This document shows, in pieces, positions 44,808 through 55,300 of a stretch of DNA of 64,000 nucleotides. The stretch is from positions 10,820-74,819 of the forward strand of contig JAQVLT010000005.1 in the NCBI GenBank assembly GCA_028704015.1, written 5' to 3'. The stretch comes from Patescibacteria group bacterium. Its GTDB lineage: Bacteria > Patescibacteriota > Patescibacteriia > Patescibacteriales > JAQVLT01. The notes below the pieces were generated by a model. That model was given only the letters and a program-made list of their open reading frames with translations. It had not been told where the DNA came from and searched no databases. Position 1 is the first letter of the stretch; each line of letters starts with the position of its first letter. Position numbers and translations under genes: made by a program.

Positions 44808-45794
44808 TTATTGCCCTAATTTTCCTGCTCCGAGTGGATTAAAACCATTTTTTACTTCCACGCCGTCAAGAAAACTGTCACCGTCAGTATCCGAATTTAA
44901 GGGGTTGGTTTTATAAACCTTAACCTCATCACCATCAGTCAAACCGTCTTTGTCAGTGTCGGAATTTAAAACATCAGTTTTATATTGCGCTTCTTCTACG
45001 TCAGTCAAACCGTCCTTGTCAGTATCGGGCGATTTGGGTGTTTGTCCGCTGGGAGCGGTTTGGCTCGGCAAATTAAATAATCTTCCCGTCCCCTTGGGAT
45101 TGTAACCGTTTTTAACTTCTTCTCCATCAACTATTCCGTCGCCGTCAGTATCCGGATTCAACGGATCGGTACTATAAATCCTTACTTCATCACGGTCAGA
45201 AAGACCATCTTCATCGGAATCGGCTAAGTTTAGATTTGTGCCGTATTTTTTTTCTTCTTCGTTAGGCAAGCCATCGCTATCGTTATCTTCGCTCGGTATG
45301 GCGGTCTCGATAGCAGTCACTTGAGACGTTGTCTCTGATGTTGAAGTGGAGGTAGTGGCCAGAGTATTTGACTGAATTGGCACCTCAGGAGTTGTTTCGG
45401 AAGTAGTTGTCGCTATTGGAAGTTGAGAGACAACCGGCGTCGTTGTACTCTTCATAAATTTAGCAAATACCAAATATCCACCGCCCAATATAATAAAAAT
45501 TCCAAAAAATATTCCCAATAAAACAAACAGTTTTTTACCTCTATCTTGGCTTTTAGCCCCGTCTTCTTCTATGTCAGTTATATTCGGTGTTGGAGCTTTG
45601 GGAATAAAAACTGCCGGTCGCGGAATATTTTTATTTATCGCGCCGACAACTGTTTTGTCCGTACCAGCATAAATATCCTCGACTTTTGACTGAGGAACTG
45701 GCGGATTGGCCGGTTTTGCCGGCATTACACCTGGCGCCGATGTATTAGCAGCAGCTATCGGTTGATTAGGTTTTTGTGTTAAATCGTCAAACAT
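44808..45794 (-). CDS. single-pass membrane protein with T/S-rich linker and about 7 thrombospondin type-3-like repeats
   Basis: TM helix LFVLLGIFFGIFIILGGGYLVF. Repeats DNDSDGL, DSDEDGLSDRDE, DTDGDGIVDGEE, DTDKDGLTDVEE, DTDKDGLTDGDE, DTDGDSFLDGVE. Ends NGFNPLGAGKLGQ. Confidence 0.65.
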   Translation of the reverse strand: MFDDLTQKPNQPIAAANTSAPGVMPAKPANPPVPQSKVEDIYAGTDKTVVGAINKNIPRPAVFIPKAPTPNITDIEEDGAKSQDRGKKLFVLLGIFFGIFIILGGGYLVFAKFMKSTTTPVVSQLPIATTTSETTPEVPIQSNTLATTSTSTSETTSQVTAIETAIPSEDNDSDGLPNEEEKKYGTNLNLADSDEDGLSDRDEVRIYSTDPLNPDTDGDGIVDGEEVKNGYNPKGTGRLFNLPSQTAPSGQTPKSPDTDKDGLTDVEEAQYKTDVLNSDTDKDGLTDGDEVKVYKTNPLNSDTDGDSFLDGVEVKNGFNPLGAGKLGQ

Positions 45795-45815
45795 AATATT
45801 TATTATTAGTTATAA

Positions 45816-46352
45816 TTATGGTAATTGAATAGCAAACCAGTCAAAACTTGAAGCATCACTGCCGCTGCTATTATTTGTTGATACGCTACAATTAACTGTA
45901 AACACAAGCTTGTTTTCTTTTGTAAAGCCGCAATAACTTGCATCCATTGTATTTCCATCCGAAGCAGCTTTATTATAGTCATGCTCCGATACAATAATAT
46001 GAGGCTCTTTACCATTTAAATCAAAACCATAATTAGCCAAATTAATTTGTTTTGTAATATTAAGAGTGCTGCCGCTCCACTCATCCTGCCCCGAGGCTAC
46101 TTTTATATTATTAAACATATTATCAACATAATCTTTACTGGCAAAGTCCACGGCTAAATTATTCCACTCGGTAGCGGTTAATTGTTGGCCGGCACTCTTG
46201 CTATAATTTGACGACAAGGCTAAAGCTGTATTATGTATATATAATGAATAAATTAAAGCCGCGCCGGCACCAGCGATTACGAGAAAAATAACCACTGCTA
46301 TTTTCAACTGAATTTCTAATTTTTTTATTTTTTTAAAATCTTGTCTGTTCAT
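45816..46352 (-). CDS. single-TM protein, member 1 of a tandem pair with conserved N-terminus and divergent C-terminus
   Basis: The first ~75 aa align with ORF 46375..46857 (KKL.IQL.IAV.IFL...ALSSNYSKS.GQQLTA.EWNNL..DFASKD). The C-terminal halves are unrelated by eye. Confidence 0.55.
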   Translation of the reverse strand: MNRQDFKKIKKLEIQLKIAVVIFLVIAGAGAALIYSLYIHNTALALSSNYSKSAGQQLTATEWNNLAVDFASKDYVDNMFNNIKVASGQDEWSGSTLNITKQINLANYGFDLNGKEPHIIVSEHDYNKAASDGNTMDASYCGFTKENKLVFTVNCSVSTNNSSGSDASSFDWFAIQLP

Positions 46353-46374
46353 ATGTTTTTATTTATTCATAATA

Positions 46375-46857
46375 TTACCAAGTAAAGCATGAAACGTAAC
46401 AATTTTGCTGGCCGGAATCATTTACTCCAATACTGGCCGACCATTGCCCATCATTATAACTTACCCGGCATAAACCAGCCGACGAATCATCATCCACCAT
46501 TGATAACGCGCAATATTTGTAATTTTTTATTTGGCTATTGACTGAAGCGACCTGGTTGCTATTGTTAAAAGGTAAATTAATAACTTGCAAGGTGCTGCTT
46601 TTTAAAACAAAATTATTACTTAAATTAGTTAAATCATCTTTAGAAGCAAAATCCGCAACTAAATTATTCCACTCATCAGCCGTCAGCTGTTGACCGTTGC
46701 TCTTGCTATAATTTGATGACAAGGCCAAAACGGCATTATGCGTATACAACGAATAAATTACAACTGCACCGACGCTTGCAACCGCTAAAAAAATTATTAC
46801 CGCGATTCTTAGTTGAATTTTTAATTTTTTCATTTCTTTTAAATAGGTTTGATTCAT
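46375..46857 (-). CDS. single-TM protein, member 2 of the tandem pair
   Basis: See 45816..46352. The C-terminus has 4 Cys and ends YVSCFTW. Confidence 0.55.
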   Translation of the reverse strand: MNQTYLKEMKKLKIQLRIAVIIFLAVASVGAVVIYSLYTHNAVLALSSNYSKSNGQQLTADEWNNLVADFASKDDLTNLSNNFVLKSSTLQVINLPFNNSNQVASVNSQIKNYKYCALSMVDDDSSAGLCRVSYNDGQWSASIGVNDSGQQNCYVSCFTW

Positions 46858-46893
46858 ATAATTGTTATTTTTTAATTTAAAATTCTAATAACG

Positions 46894-47268
46894 CTACTTC
46901 GTTAATTTTCCTGGTCCGTTCGGATTATAACCACTTCTTAATTCTTCCAAGTCATTAAAACCGTCCCCGTCCGTATCAACTTTTAAAGGATCAGTTTTGG
47001 TAGTATTAATTTCATCAACATCAAAAATTCCATCGCCGTCATTATCGGTAAGATTGGGATTTAAACCCATAGTCTTAGCTTGACTATCCAAAATACCATC
47101 ACCATTAGTATCTGGTTCGGCCGTCTTAACATCTTGCTCTTTATGATTAACATCCAATAGAAATTTTTCTTTATAAGCGGTGTTTCTAAAAAATAAAAAA
47201 TATACAGTAATTCCTAAAATAATAGCTACTACGATAATGACTAAAAATATTTTTTTTCTATTTATCAT
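46894..47268 (-). CDS. small single-TM protein with three thrombospondin type-3-like repeats
   Basis: TM helix IFLVIIVVAIILGITVYFLFF. Repeats DTNGDGILD, DNDGDGIFDVDE, DTDGDGFNDLEE. Ends SGYNPNGPGKLTK. Confidence 0.6.
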   Translation of the reverse strand: MINRKKIFLVIIVVAIILGITVYFLFFRNTAYKEKFLLDVNHKEQDVKTAEPDTNGDGILDSQAKTMGLNPNLTDNDGDGIFDVDEINTTKTDPLKVDTDGDGFNDLEELRSGYNPNGPGKLTK

Positions 47269-47291
47269 ACACTGTTTTTAAATAAAAAATA

Positions 47292-49376
47292 TTAATTGAC
47301 GCACACACAAATACCAGAGTTGCATGAAACATTCGGATAGTTTACGTCACAAACTACATTGCAACTTGACCATCCGTATGCGTCACCCAGCCAAGTACTT
47401 TTATATGCTCCGTTTGTTACAACGGTTGTATTACATATTTCTTCCGTATATCGCGTACACCCATTTTTAGTATAATTCAAATGATAACCGGCATCGCAGC
47501 TAATATCTCCTGGAAATGTGCAAGGAAAAATCAACGGGAACGTACAAACATTAATATAATTGGCACTCTGGCAGCCGGTATTGCAATAATAAATTTTTCC
47601 ATTATTACTTCCATCGTCGCAAACTTCTGAACCGTTTTTAATCCCATCACCGCAATAATCACCAATACCGCTACAATCGGCTTTGCATTTATTATAAGCT
47701 CCATTATCCGCGCCGTCGTCGCAAACCTCTAATCCGTTTTTTACACCGTCACCACAACTAACATCTTTTGGTTTTGATATTGTAATAATTTCGCTGCAAT
47801 CATTTTTGCAATAGGCACAAGCACTATCATAAGCAGGCAAACAAACCACTCCGTTGTTTACTCCGTTATCACAAATTTCCAAACCGTTTTTTATGCCATC
47901 ACCGCACCATTGCGTTTTTTCTACCGTACTTAATCCACTGCAATCATTTTTGCAATAGGTGCAAGTACTATCATAAACAGGCGAACAAACCACTCCGTTG
48001 CTTGCTCCGTTATCACAAATTTCCGCCACACCTAAACTATTTGGCTTTTGTATTTTGCCATCACCACAATAAGTATCAGCTAAAATATTTATACTGCAAA
48101 CTTTTTCCGTAAAACTATCAGAATGTTTTTCATCATGCACTATAACTTTATATTGATAGTTTTGTATCTTTCCCGCTATGGCCGCTGATAATTCTCTCTG
48201 ATTAGCAACGGTTGTTGGACTGATTTTCAAAAAACTATTTCCGGAATACCATTGCCAATTAGTCCAATCAGCGCTGGCGGAGGGATAAATCGGCTCAATT
48301 TTATCCCAAATTATTTTATTGTTTTCCGGATCTGACGCGCTAATATATCCTTTAAAAGGTTTTTCCGGATAACCTCTTAGGATTGGACAAATTATTTGCG
48401 GTAAACTATTTGATATAATTTCCTCATAAGAAACTGTTTCACTTCCCTCGCAAGCGCCTTGCGCTAAATCAGTAACATAACCTGACTCCATTACGGCGCA
48501 GACATTATATTTTAAACCGTTGTCTGAGCCGGAATATACCATTGTTTTACTACCGGCTGGCAGCACTAAATTGCCCCCGGAGACAGTCCCGGAAAATTCC
48601 TTTGCTTTTTCATCCCAACAGGTTATTTTATCAAACCGATTATTGCCGCAATTACCCAATTTGTTTACCGGATCAACCGGCAATGGCGACAAACCAATTT
48701 CACGAGAAAAATTCTCTTGCCAGCTTGGCCAAGTAGAAATTGTTTTATTGGGAAGATATGAACCGGCGGATAATTTTGGATAAAATCCTTTTTGTTTTTT
48801 GTAATTTTCCAAAGCAATTTTTATTTCTGCCAAATCGGATAGCCGCTTTGTGTCGCGTACTATTTTTGCCTTTGCGCCAGAACAAAATTGGCCTGCGTCA
48901 CAGTCGCTGTCTATCCGGCATCTTTTTGCGTCAGCGACTGGCGCGGCTGGCGGGGTAAAACATTTATCGGATGAATTTTCATTAATATTGGTATTGAATT
49001 TCCAATGCGAAAGAATTTGGCCAAAAATATCAAGCGTTCCGCTTTCGGCTTGTTGGTTATAAGAAATAAGATAAATGTTAGTATAAAAATTATTATCACT
49101 AATATTTGCCACATTAACATAAACCGTGCGACCATCGCGGATTGCTTCGTAACCGTCAACCAAAAGAGATTGAGGCGCACCGGTAAATTTCATTTCCTCT
49201 CTATACCAGCGCAGAGGCGAATAATGTTTTGAGTTGGGGATCACGCGAATAGCAATAGCATCGGGGGAAGTTTGCGCAGAGGAGGAAGAAGCAGAAAACA
49301 AAAAACAAAAAATCATTAAGAAAAATAAACATGTCCCTGCCAAAATTTTATAATTGAATTTTGATTTAATTTTCAT
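47292..49376 (-). CDS. secreted 694-aa protein with a headless pilin-like motif and four CGDGxxNGxExCDxG cysteine-rich repeats
   Basis: Signal peptide ending SSSAQT. VRDTKRLSDLAEIKIALENYKKQKGFYP (aa 173-200) resembles the pilin alpha1-C region. Four Cys repeats span aa 436-603 and resemble the Myxococcus-type cysteine-rich repeat. The tail is Cys-rich. Confidence 0.65.
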   Translation of the reverse strand: MKIKSKFNYKILAGTCLFFLMIFCFLFSASSSSAQTSPDAIAIRVIPNSKHYSPLRWYREEMKFTGAPQSLLVDGYEAIRDGRTVYVNVANISDNNFYTNIYLISYNQQAESGTLDIFGQILSHWKFNTNINENSSDKCFTPPAAPVADAKRCRIDSDCDAGQFCSGAKAKIVRDTKRLSDLAEIKIALENYKKQKGFYPKLSAGSYLPNKTISTWPSWQENFSREIGLSPLPVDPVNKLGNCGNNRFDKITCWDEKAKEFSGTVSGGNLVLPAGSKTMVYSGSDNGLKYNVCAVMESGYVTDLAQGACEGSETVSYEEIISNSLPQIICPILRGYPEKPFKGYISASDPENNKIIWDKIEPIYPSASADWTNWQWYSGNSFLKISPTTVANQRELSAAIAGKIQNYQYKVIVHDEKHSDSFTEKVCSINILADTYCGDGKIQKPNSLGVAEICDNGASNGVVCSPVYDSTCTYCKNDCSGLSTVEKTQWCGDGIKNGLEICDNGVNNGVVCLPAYDSACAYCKNDCSEIITISKPKDVSCGDGVKNGLEVCDDGADNGAYNKCKADCSGIGDYCGDGIKNGSEVCDDGSNNGKIYYCNTGCQSANYINVCTFPLIFPCTFPGDISCDAGYHLNYTKNGCTRYTEEICNTTVVTNGAYKSTWLGDAYGWSSCNVVCDVNYPNVSCNSGICVCVN

Positions 49377-49387
49377 ATTTAAATATT

Positions 49388-52300
49388 TTAATCACTAATC
49401 GGTGTAGCCGCCGCAGTCGTCGTTGCGCTTGGATTGCCATATTGATCATAAGCCACTAAACCAAAACAATATTTATTATTATTTGCTAATCCCAAAATAG
49501 TAGTAGTTGCAATATTTCCGTTTGATTTTGACGCCACGACAGAAGTACCAAAATTTACTGTTGAGTTGCAATTTTGTTCTGCTTTGTAAAATATTCTAAA
49601 TCTGCTAGCATCACCATTACTGCTCATATCCTTCCAGACAATATCGGCTTTGCCATTTCCCGCTCGAGCATTAGTAACTATCGGTGAAGTCGGACCCTGG
49701 GTGTCCCAAGGAACAGCCAAGACTTCATTGGAATAAGCGCTTTCCGCTCCGCTAACATAAATAGCAGTTACAGCAAAATAATAAATTTTTCCATTATCTA
49801 AATTTTCAATGGTATAATTTGTGTTAGTTGTTGCTATAAAATCAAAATATTTTCTATTACTTAAACCATAATATACTTTGTAAGTTTTAAAGGTTTCGCC
49901 TGACGGAATATTGATCGCGCTCCAGTTCAAATTGACTTTATTTCCCTCACTAATATTTGAGTGAAGAGTCTCTGAATCAGCACCCGCAGACAAAACAATA
50001 TCGCTAACAACAGGCAAAGCGGAGCGAAAAAAATATGATTCTTTTAGCACTGTTTGGCAAAGCCCGCCGCCGCAATCAGCGTTTGACTTACAAGCTTTTC
50101 CAACATTAGCACCATAAACGCAGGTAGTAGTTCTTGCCCCCTGAATAACGGCCGCGTTACTCTGAATCGCCGGTAAATCGTCTGCTGTCCCTTCTCCGCC
50201 GGCATCACGACAATAATACAATTTATAATTTGTATCTTTACAATCGGTTGCTCCTGGCTGGCAATTACCTTCTTGGTCTTCCCATGGCGACCAGCTATGA
50301 ACAGAGGTAATAATTGGCGGCCAAGGATTCTCGCAGACAAAAACAAAGGCCTGTGTATCTCCTGTTTTTGTAGTCGTGGCGATGCCTGAGGTGCTAGCTG
50401 TCGCATGGATCCAGCTGAAATCATCAACAATATCATTTTGAGCTTGAATCAATTGTTTATTGCTGTTAGCAGCAAAAACGGATGTTGTGGCCAGGACGTC
50501 TGTTTTGTCAATTTTCCAAGTCCAAGTCCAATCATATGCGCCCAACACCGGATTTAAAACTTGATCATCGCTACTAAGCGCATAAGCAGTAAAAACTTTG
50601 TCATTATCAGCCGCTATATCAAATTTTGTCAGATTATCAGGGTCGTCAATTTCTTTAACATCACTCTCTGTGGTGTTAAATAAGTAATCATCCGGTTCAA
50701 TTACTATTTTATCAACTAAGCAGATACCATTATTGTCTTCTCCCTGATTAGCCAAAGTTTTAAACGACCAAATTTCCGCATTAGCAAAACTTAAACCATT
50801 AAACAAACTTACCGATGTATTATTAACACCCTTAAAGCCGACACCTTCTTTGCTTAATATTCCTTTTTTGTTACCCAAGATTTCTTCACCTTTTATAATC
50901 GCATAGTAGGTAACGCTTGGATCTAACAATTTCTTAGGACTAAATGTTAATGTTGTGTAAGTGGCTGAATTTTGTCCGCCGGTTGTCCCTTCTATAGCGC
51001 AGAAATTGCTCGTAGCTTGGGCAAAAGCGTCATCACCAAAAAGAGGAGTCAAAACCGGTTTTAATATTACGTTTATACTTCGCGCGATTCTTTTGTAAAT
51101 TTTAGAAACAAATCCGATCTTTGGCTGACCGCTACCATCAAGCGACAAATAAGTTGTATTGATCGGGCATTGCTTATCTTCATAATCACCAACAACTATA
51201 ATATTACCTTTAAAACTTGTAATATCCATCAAACTGTTAAATTGAGCTTGAATTTGGGTATTGCGACAAATATTATTTCCTATTGGAGTTTTGCTATTTA
51301 TAGCTGGCCGCGGATGACAACAAGTATCCCCTCCACATCCAATGGCATCAACGCCGCCGCAATCGCTGTCCTGACTGCAACCGCAACAAAGACCGCGATT
51401 AGCTCCGCTACACGAACCACGATTTGCATGGCAAGTTAGCTTTGGATTCTTTTTAGCACACTGATCAACGGCGGCATTTGGATCACAGCAACAAACACCA
51501 CAACTTGGATAAACCGATCCGGACCCATCCTGATTCAAGCAGGAAAAACCATTGCAAATATTTGTATCACACACTGGTTCGGAAACCGTAGATTCCGTGG
51601 AGCACTCTTTACCGAATTCCGGTCCCGGTTTGCATTGATCAGTGCACTGCGCCTGCGTATAAAAAACCGCGTTGGTGCTACTGGCAATTTTATTATTATC
51701 ACAAGAATCGCCGCTAGCACTACACTTATAATAAGCGCAATAAGCCAAACCAGACGGATTGTTGGAAACAATATTTTTATCTCCGGTTCCGCCGCGGCAA
51801 ACATTATTTTTCATCGCATCAACACAACAAGTACCATGGCTAGAACATTCTTCTAAATTTGTTACTTTTGTGCAATCGCTACAAACGCCCTTACCGCCTG
51901 CCGCCGTCACATCGCAAAATTTTCCGAAATGACCGGAACAATTGCACGCAGCATCTGGATCGGGCGCAGAAGCGCAACCGGTACAAACGCCAAAATCAGT
52001 GCCGGCCGCATCGCTACCGCAACCGCCTTCGCATTTTAACGGCGAACAGCAATCTTGGTCACCATTAGCCTTGCGACAACAGCAATCACAACTAGCCTGA
52101 TCGGCTACTTTGCACTTGTTATCACTCTCACACTTAGCATTTCCAGAACAAATATTTTGTTCAATTCCGCAAATACCAACGCCACTATTATTCAAACATT
52201 TATAACCATCGGCGCATAAATTGCATAATCCGTCGCTCCCCATATTAACGCATTTATTTCCAGAAATTTTTGTCCATCCAGTAGGACAACTATCAACGCT

Positions 52301-55300
52301 ATTAAAATGCCAGCGATTTTCATTATTATACACAGAACAATATTTTTCTACGCTTTCGCCCGATGAATTAATTGCGGTTCCATTTAGCGAGCAACTATTT
52401 TCAGCTTTCTTAACGCATTTATTCAAATTACTATTATATTCGCAACTACCGCTTGCACACGCGCCTATACCATTGCAGGAATAATTGCAATCACCTACTT
52501 CTTTTTTTGTTCCGGCTGCCGGCTGATAAGGCGAACATTGTCCCGGAGAATTTGGACAGAGATTATTGGATAAACATTGATTCAAATTATAACCCGAGCA
52601 AGAAGGCGGACAGCTGGAAGTAGCATCACCTAAATAATTGATGCAACCCGCATTACAACAATTGCCGTCGCCGCATTTATTTTTTCCCGCTGGGCAACCG
52701 ATGCATTGGCTTTCTGAAGCATTTTGACATGTACCTTTTACGCAACAAACATTACCGCAAGCTTCTTGGTCAGTCGCGCATTCGGTTTTTGGCTGGCAGG
52801 TACAATTTTTAGATGGATCACAAAATAAATTTTGGCTTCCAGCACATTTAGTATTATCAGGTTCGCACGTAGTTGTTTCTGAATTTCCATCGCACGGATC
52901 TCCTGGTTGCGACCCGGTTTTTCCTGTACTAAATTCAAACTCATAAACAGCCGCAAGCGCACCCTGGCGGCAATTAGCTAAGGTGGCTTTACATAAACCT
53001 TCAAAGGTACTGCCGGCAGGACAACAAACTTGGCTATTAGTGCAAGATCCGCCTTGGTCCAAACAGGACGCAGGAATTCCGCTTGTCCTGCATTTTTCTT
53101 CACACTCATTAATATCTTTAAAATATGGGTTACCTGGCGTTGTTGAAGCAACTAAAATATTTTTATTGCAACTATTTGTATCACATAAATAATAACCACA
53201 ATACGCGCTAGTGGTAGTCCTACTTCCCACGCTACATTTATTTTTGTCCATCGCATCAATACAACATTCACTAGACTGAGAACATTCCGCTTCGTTGGTT
53301 ATAGAAGAACAATTAACCGATGTGGTTGTCGCTTCGTGCGCTATAAATTCAAATTCATAAACTGCCGCCGTGGGACGTTGGTTGCATTTGACAAGCGAGT
53401 CGCGGCATTCGCCGGCGTAAACGGTGTCGGCGGCGCAACAAATATTTCCTGTACCACAAACAGCGTTTTTTTCCTCTTCCGTATTACCAGCCGCCAAACA
53501 ACCAATCGCTCCGGTTGGCATCGTGGTGGTTGCTATTTCTGTGCCTATCGTTGTTGTACCGTTTGAAGATTCATCGTCTTTGACGAAATTCAAATAATTA
53601 CTTATTAAATTATTTGCACTTTTTACAAAAGTTGAAGTTAAACCAACGGATAAATTTGGCACTTTGGCTTGGCCATTTAACGCGCTAAAACCAAGACTTA
53701 CGGCCAAAATATTATTGGCGCTATCGCCAAAATAAGGATTAACATTGGATAAACTAACGCCATTATAAGTAACTACGTCGTTCACTTTTCCATGATTAGG
53801 ATTAAGTTGGCAGATTCCCGGACGGGTAATATTATTAACTACAAAATTTGGTAAATTCGGGCCATAATTATCATTGGTTGAATCTTCGTAATTATTAATG
53901 GCATTTTTTATTTTAATCGGACTATTGGCCGCAACTCCATCTGGCACAACCGCGATGATTTGACGGTCGCTCCAATTATCAACGCAAGCTGAATTAGTAG
54001 TGTTTGCTAAACTTGCTTCCACCAGAGTCCCGTCATTTTTGGTAAACCAAACTTGCCCGATAGTAGACCCAAAATTACGACCGCCAATAGTGACTAAATT
54101 TCCCGTCGCTCCATTAGGCGTGTTAATATTACATTCGCTCGCAGTGCAATCTGAGTCAAGCTGGCAAATTTTATTTGTATCATTTTCACAAAATCCGCCG
54201 ATCGGAGTAACCCAGCTGATCATTGGTTTGGTCTGACAAATGCATCCTTCGGTTTTGCAAGCGCAAAAGGCAGTTGAACATAAATTGTCATTGCAATTTG
54301 TTTTGTCGCTATCGCTGCACTGCGGTTCCAAATCCGCCTGATTGCAAGGACCGCCTTCGCAGGCTAAACAATCACCGCCGCAATCAATGCCAATTTCACC
54401 GGAATCTTTTATGCCATTACAACAATGCCCCGGCTTTATTGCAGCCGTAAATTCACTTTGGCCAAAAGCCAAAGTTGCGTCATAGGCTTTTATTTTAAAT
54501 GTATAATTTTCTCCGATATTCATGTTCGCGGTGTTTGTCTGATAACCACCGGAAAAATCTTTCTGCCCGCCGGCTTGAAATATTTGTTTTTCCTCTTCGT
54601 TTTCTCCTGACTTTTTTTCATAAAATTTTACAAAAGAAAGCCCGAGATCGTCATTTGCCCAACCTGATATTAAATTGGCATCAGCTTTGAGCGTGCCATC
54701 ATCTTTGCAAATCTGGCTTGGCGCTATTCCGGCTGTCGGAGCGCTGGTATCAATAGCATCGTTAGTGGCAAAAATAAATGTACAGCTGGCGGTTTGGCAA
54801 GTTAAACTATTTCCATTAATAGATTTGATGCCGCTCAAAGCATTCACTGTCACCTGAAAACCGCTCCATTCCGGCAAGCAATTTGTCGCCCCGCTGGCGC
54901 CACAGTCAGCACTGGCTCTAAAAATTATTTGTCTCGTGGAAGAACTTATTAAACCGATAATATTTTCTGGCGCGCTTAAACTCGTAGTAGCAACATGATC
55001 ATCGTTGTAAGTATAAATTTTTTCTACTTTAATATTATTATTCAAATCATCTTGCGCAAGTTTTGTTAAATCTTTATTGAAAGTTAAAACAATAGCGGAA
55101 TTTCTCGGATTATTAATACTTCTGTCAGACGGATTATTGCTATAAATAAATTCGCCAAATGAGGCGCATCCCAGGCCGACACAACCGCCTGGAACACAAG
55201 AAGTTTTGCATGTCCCCGAACAGCAATAAAAATTTCCCGTACAATCAGAATCTACCGCGCAAGTCTGACCTTCTTCCACTCCGGTCGCCTGCATAATTCG

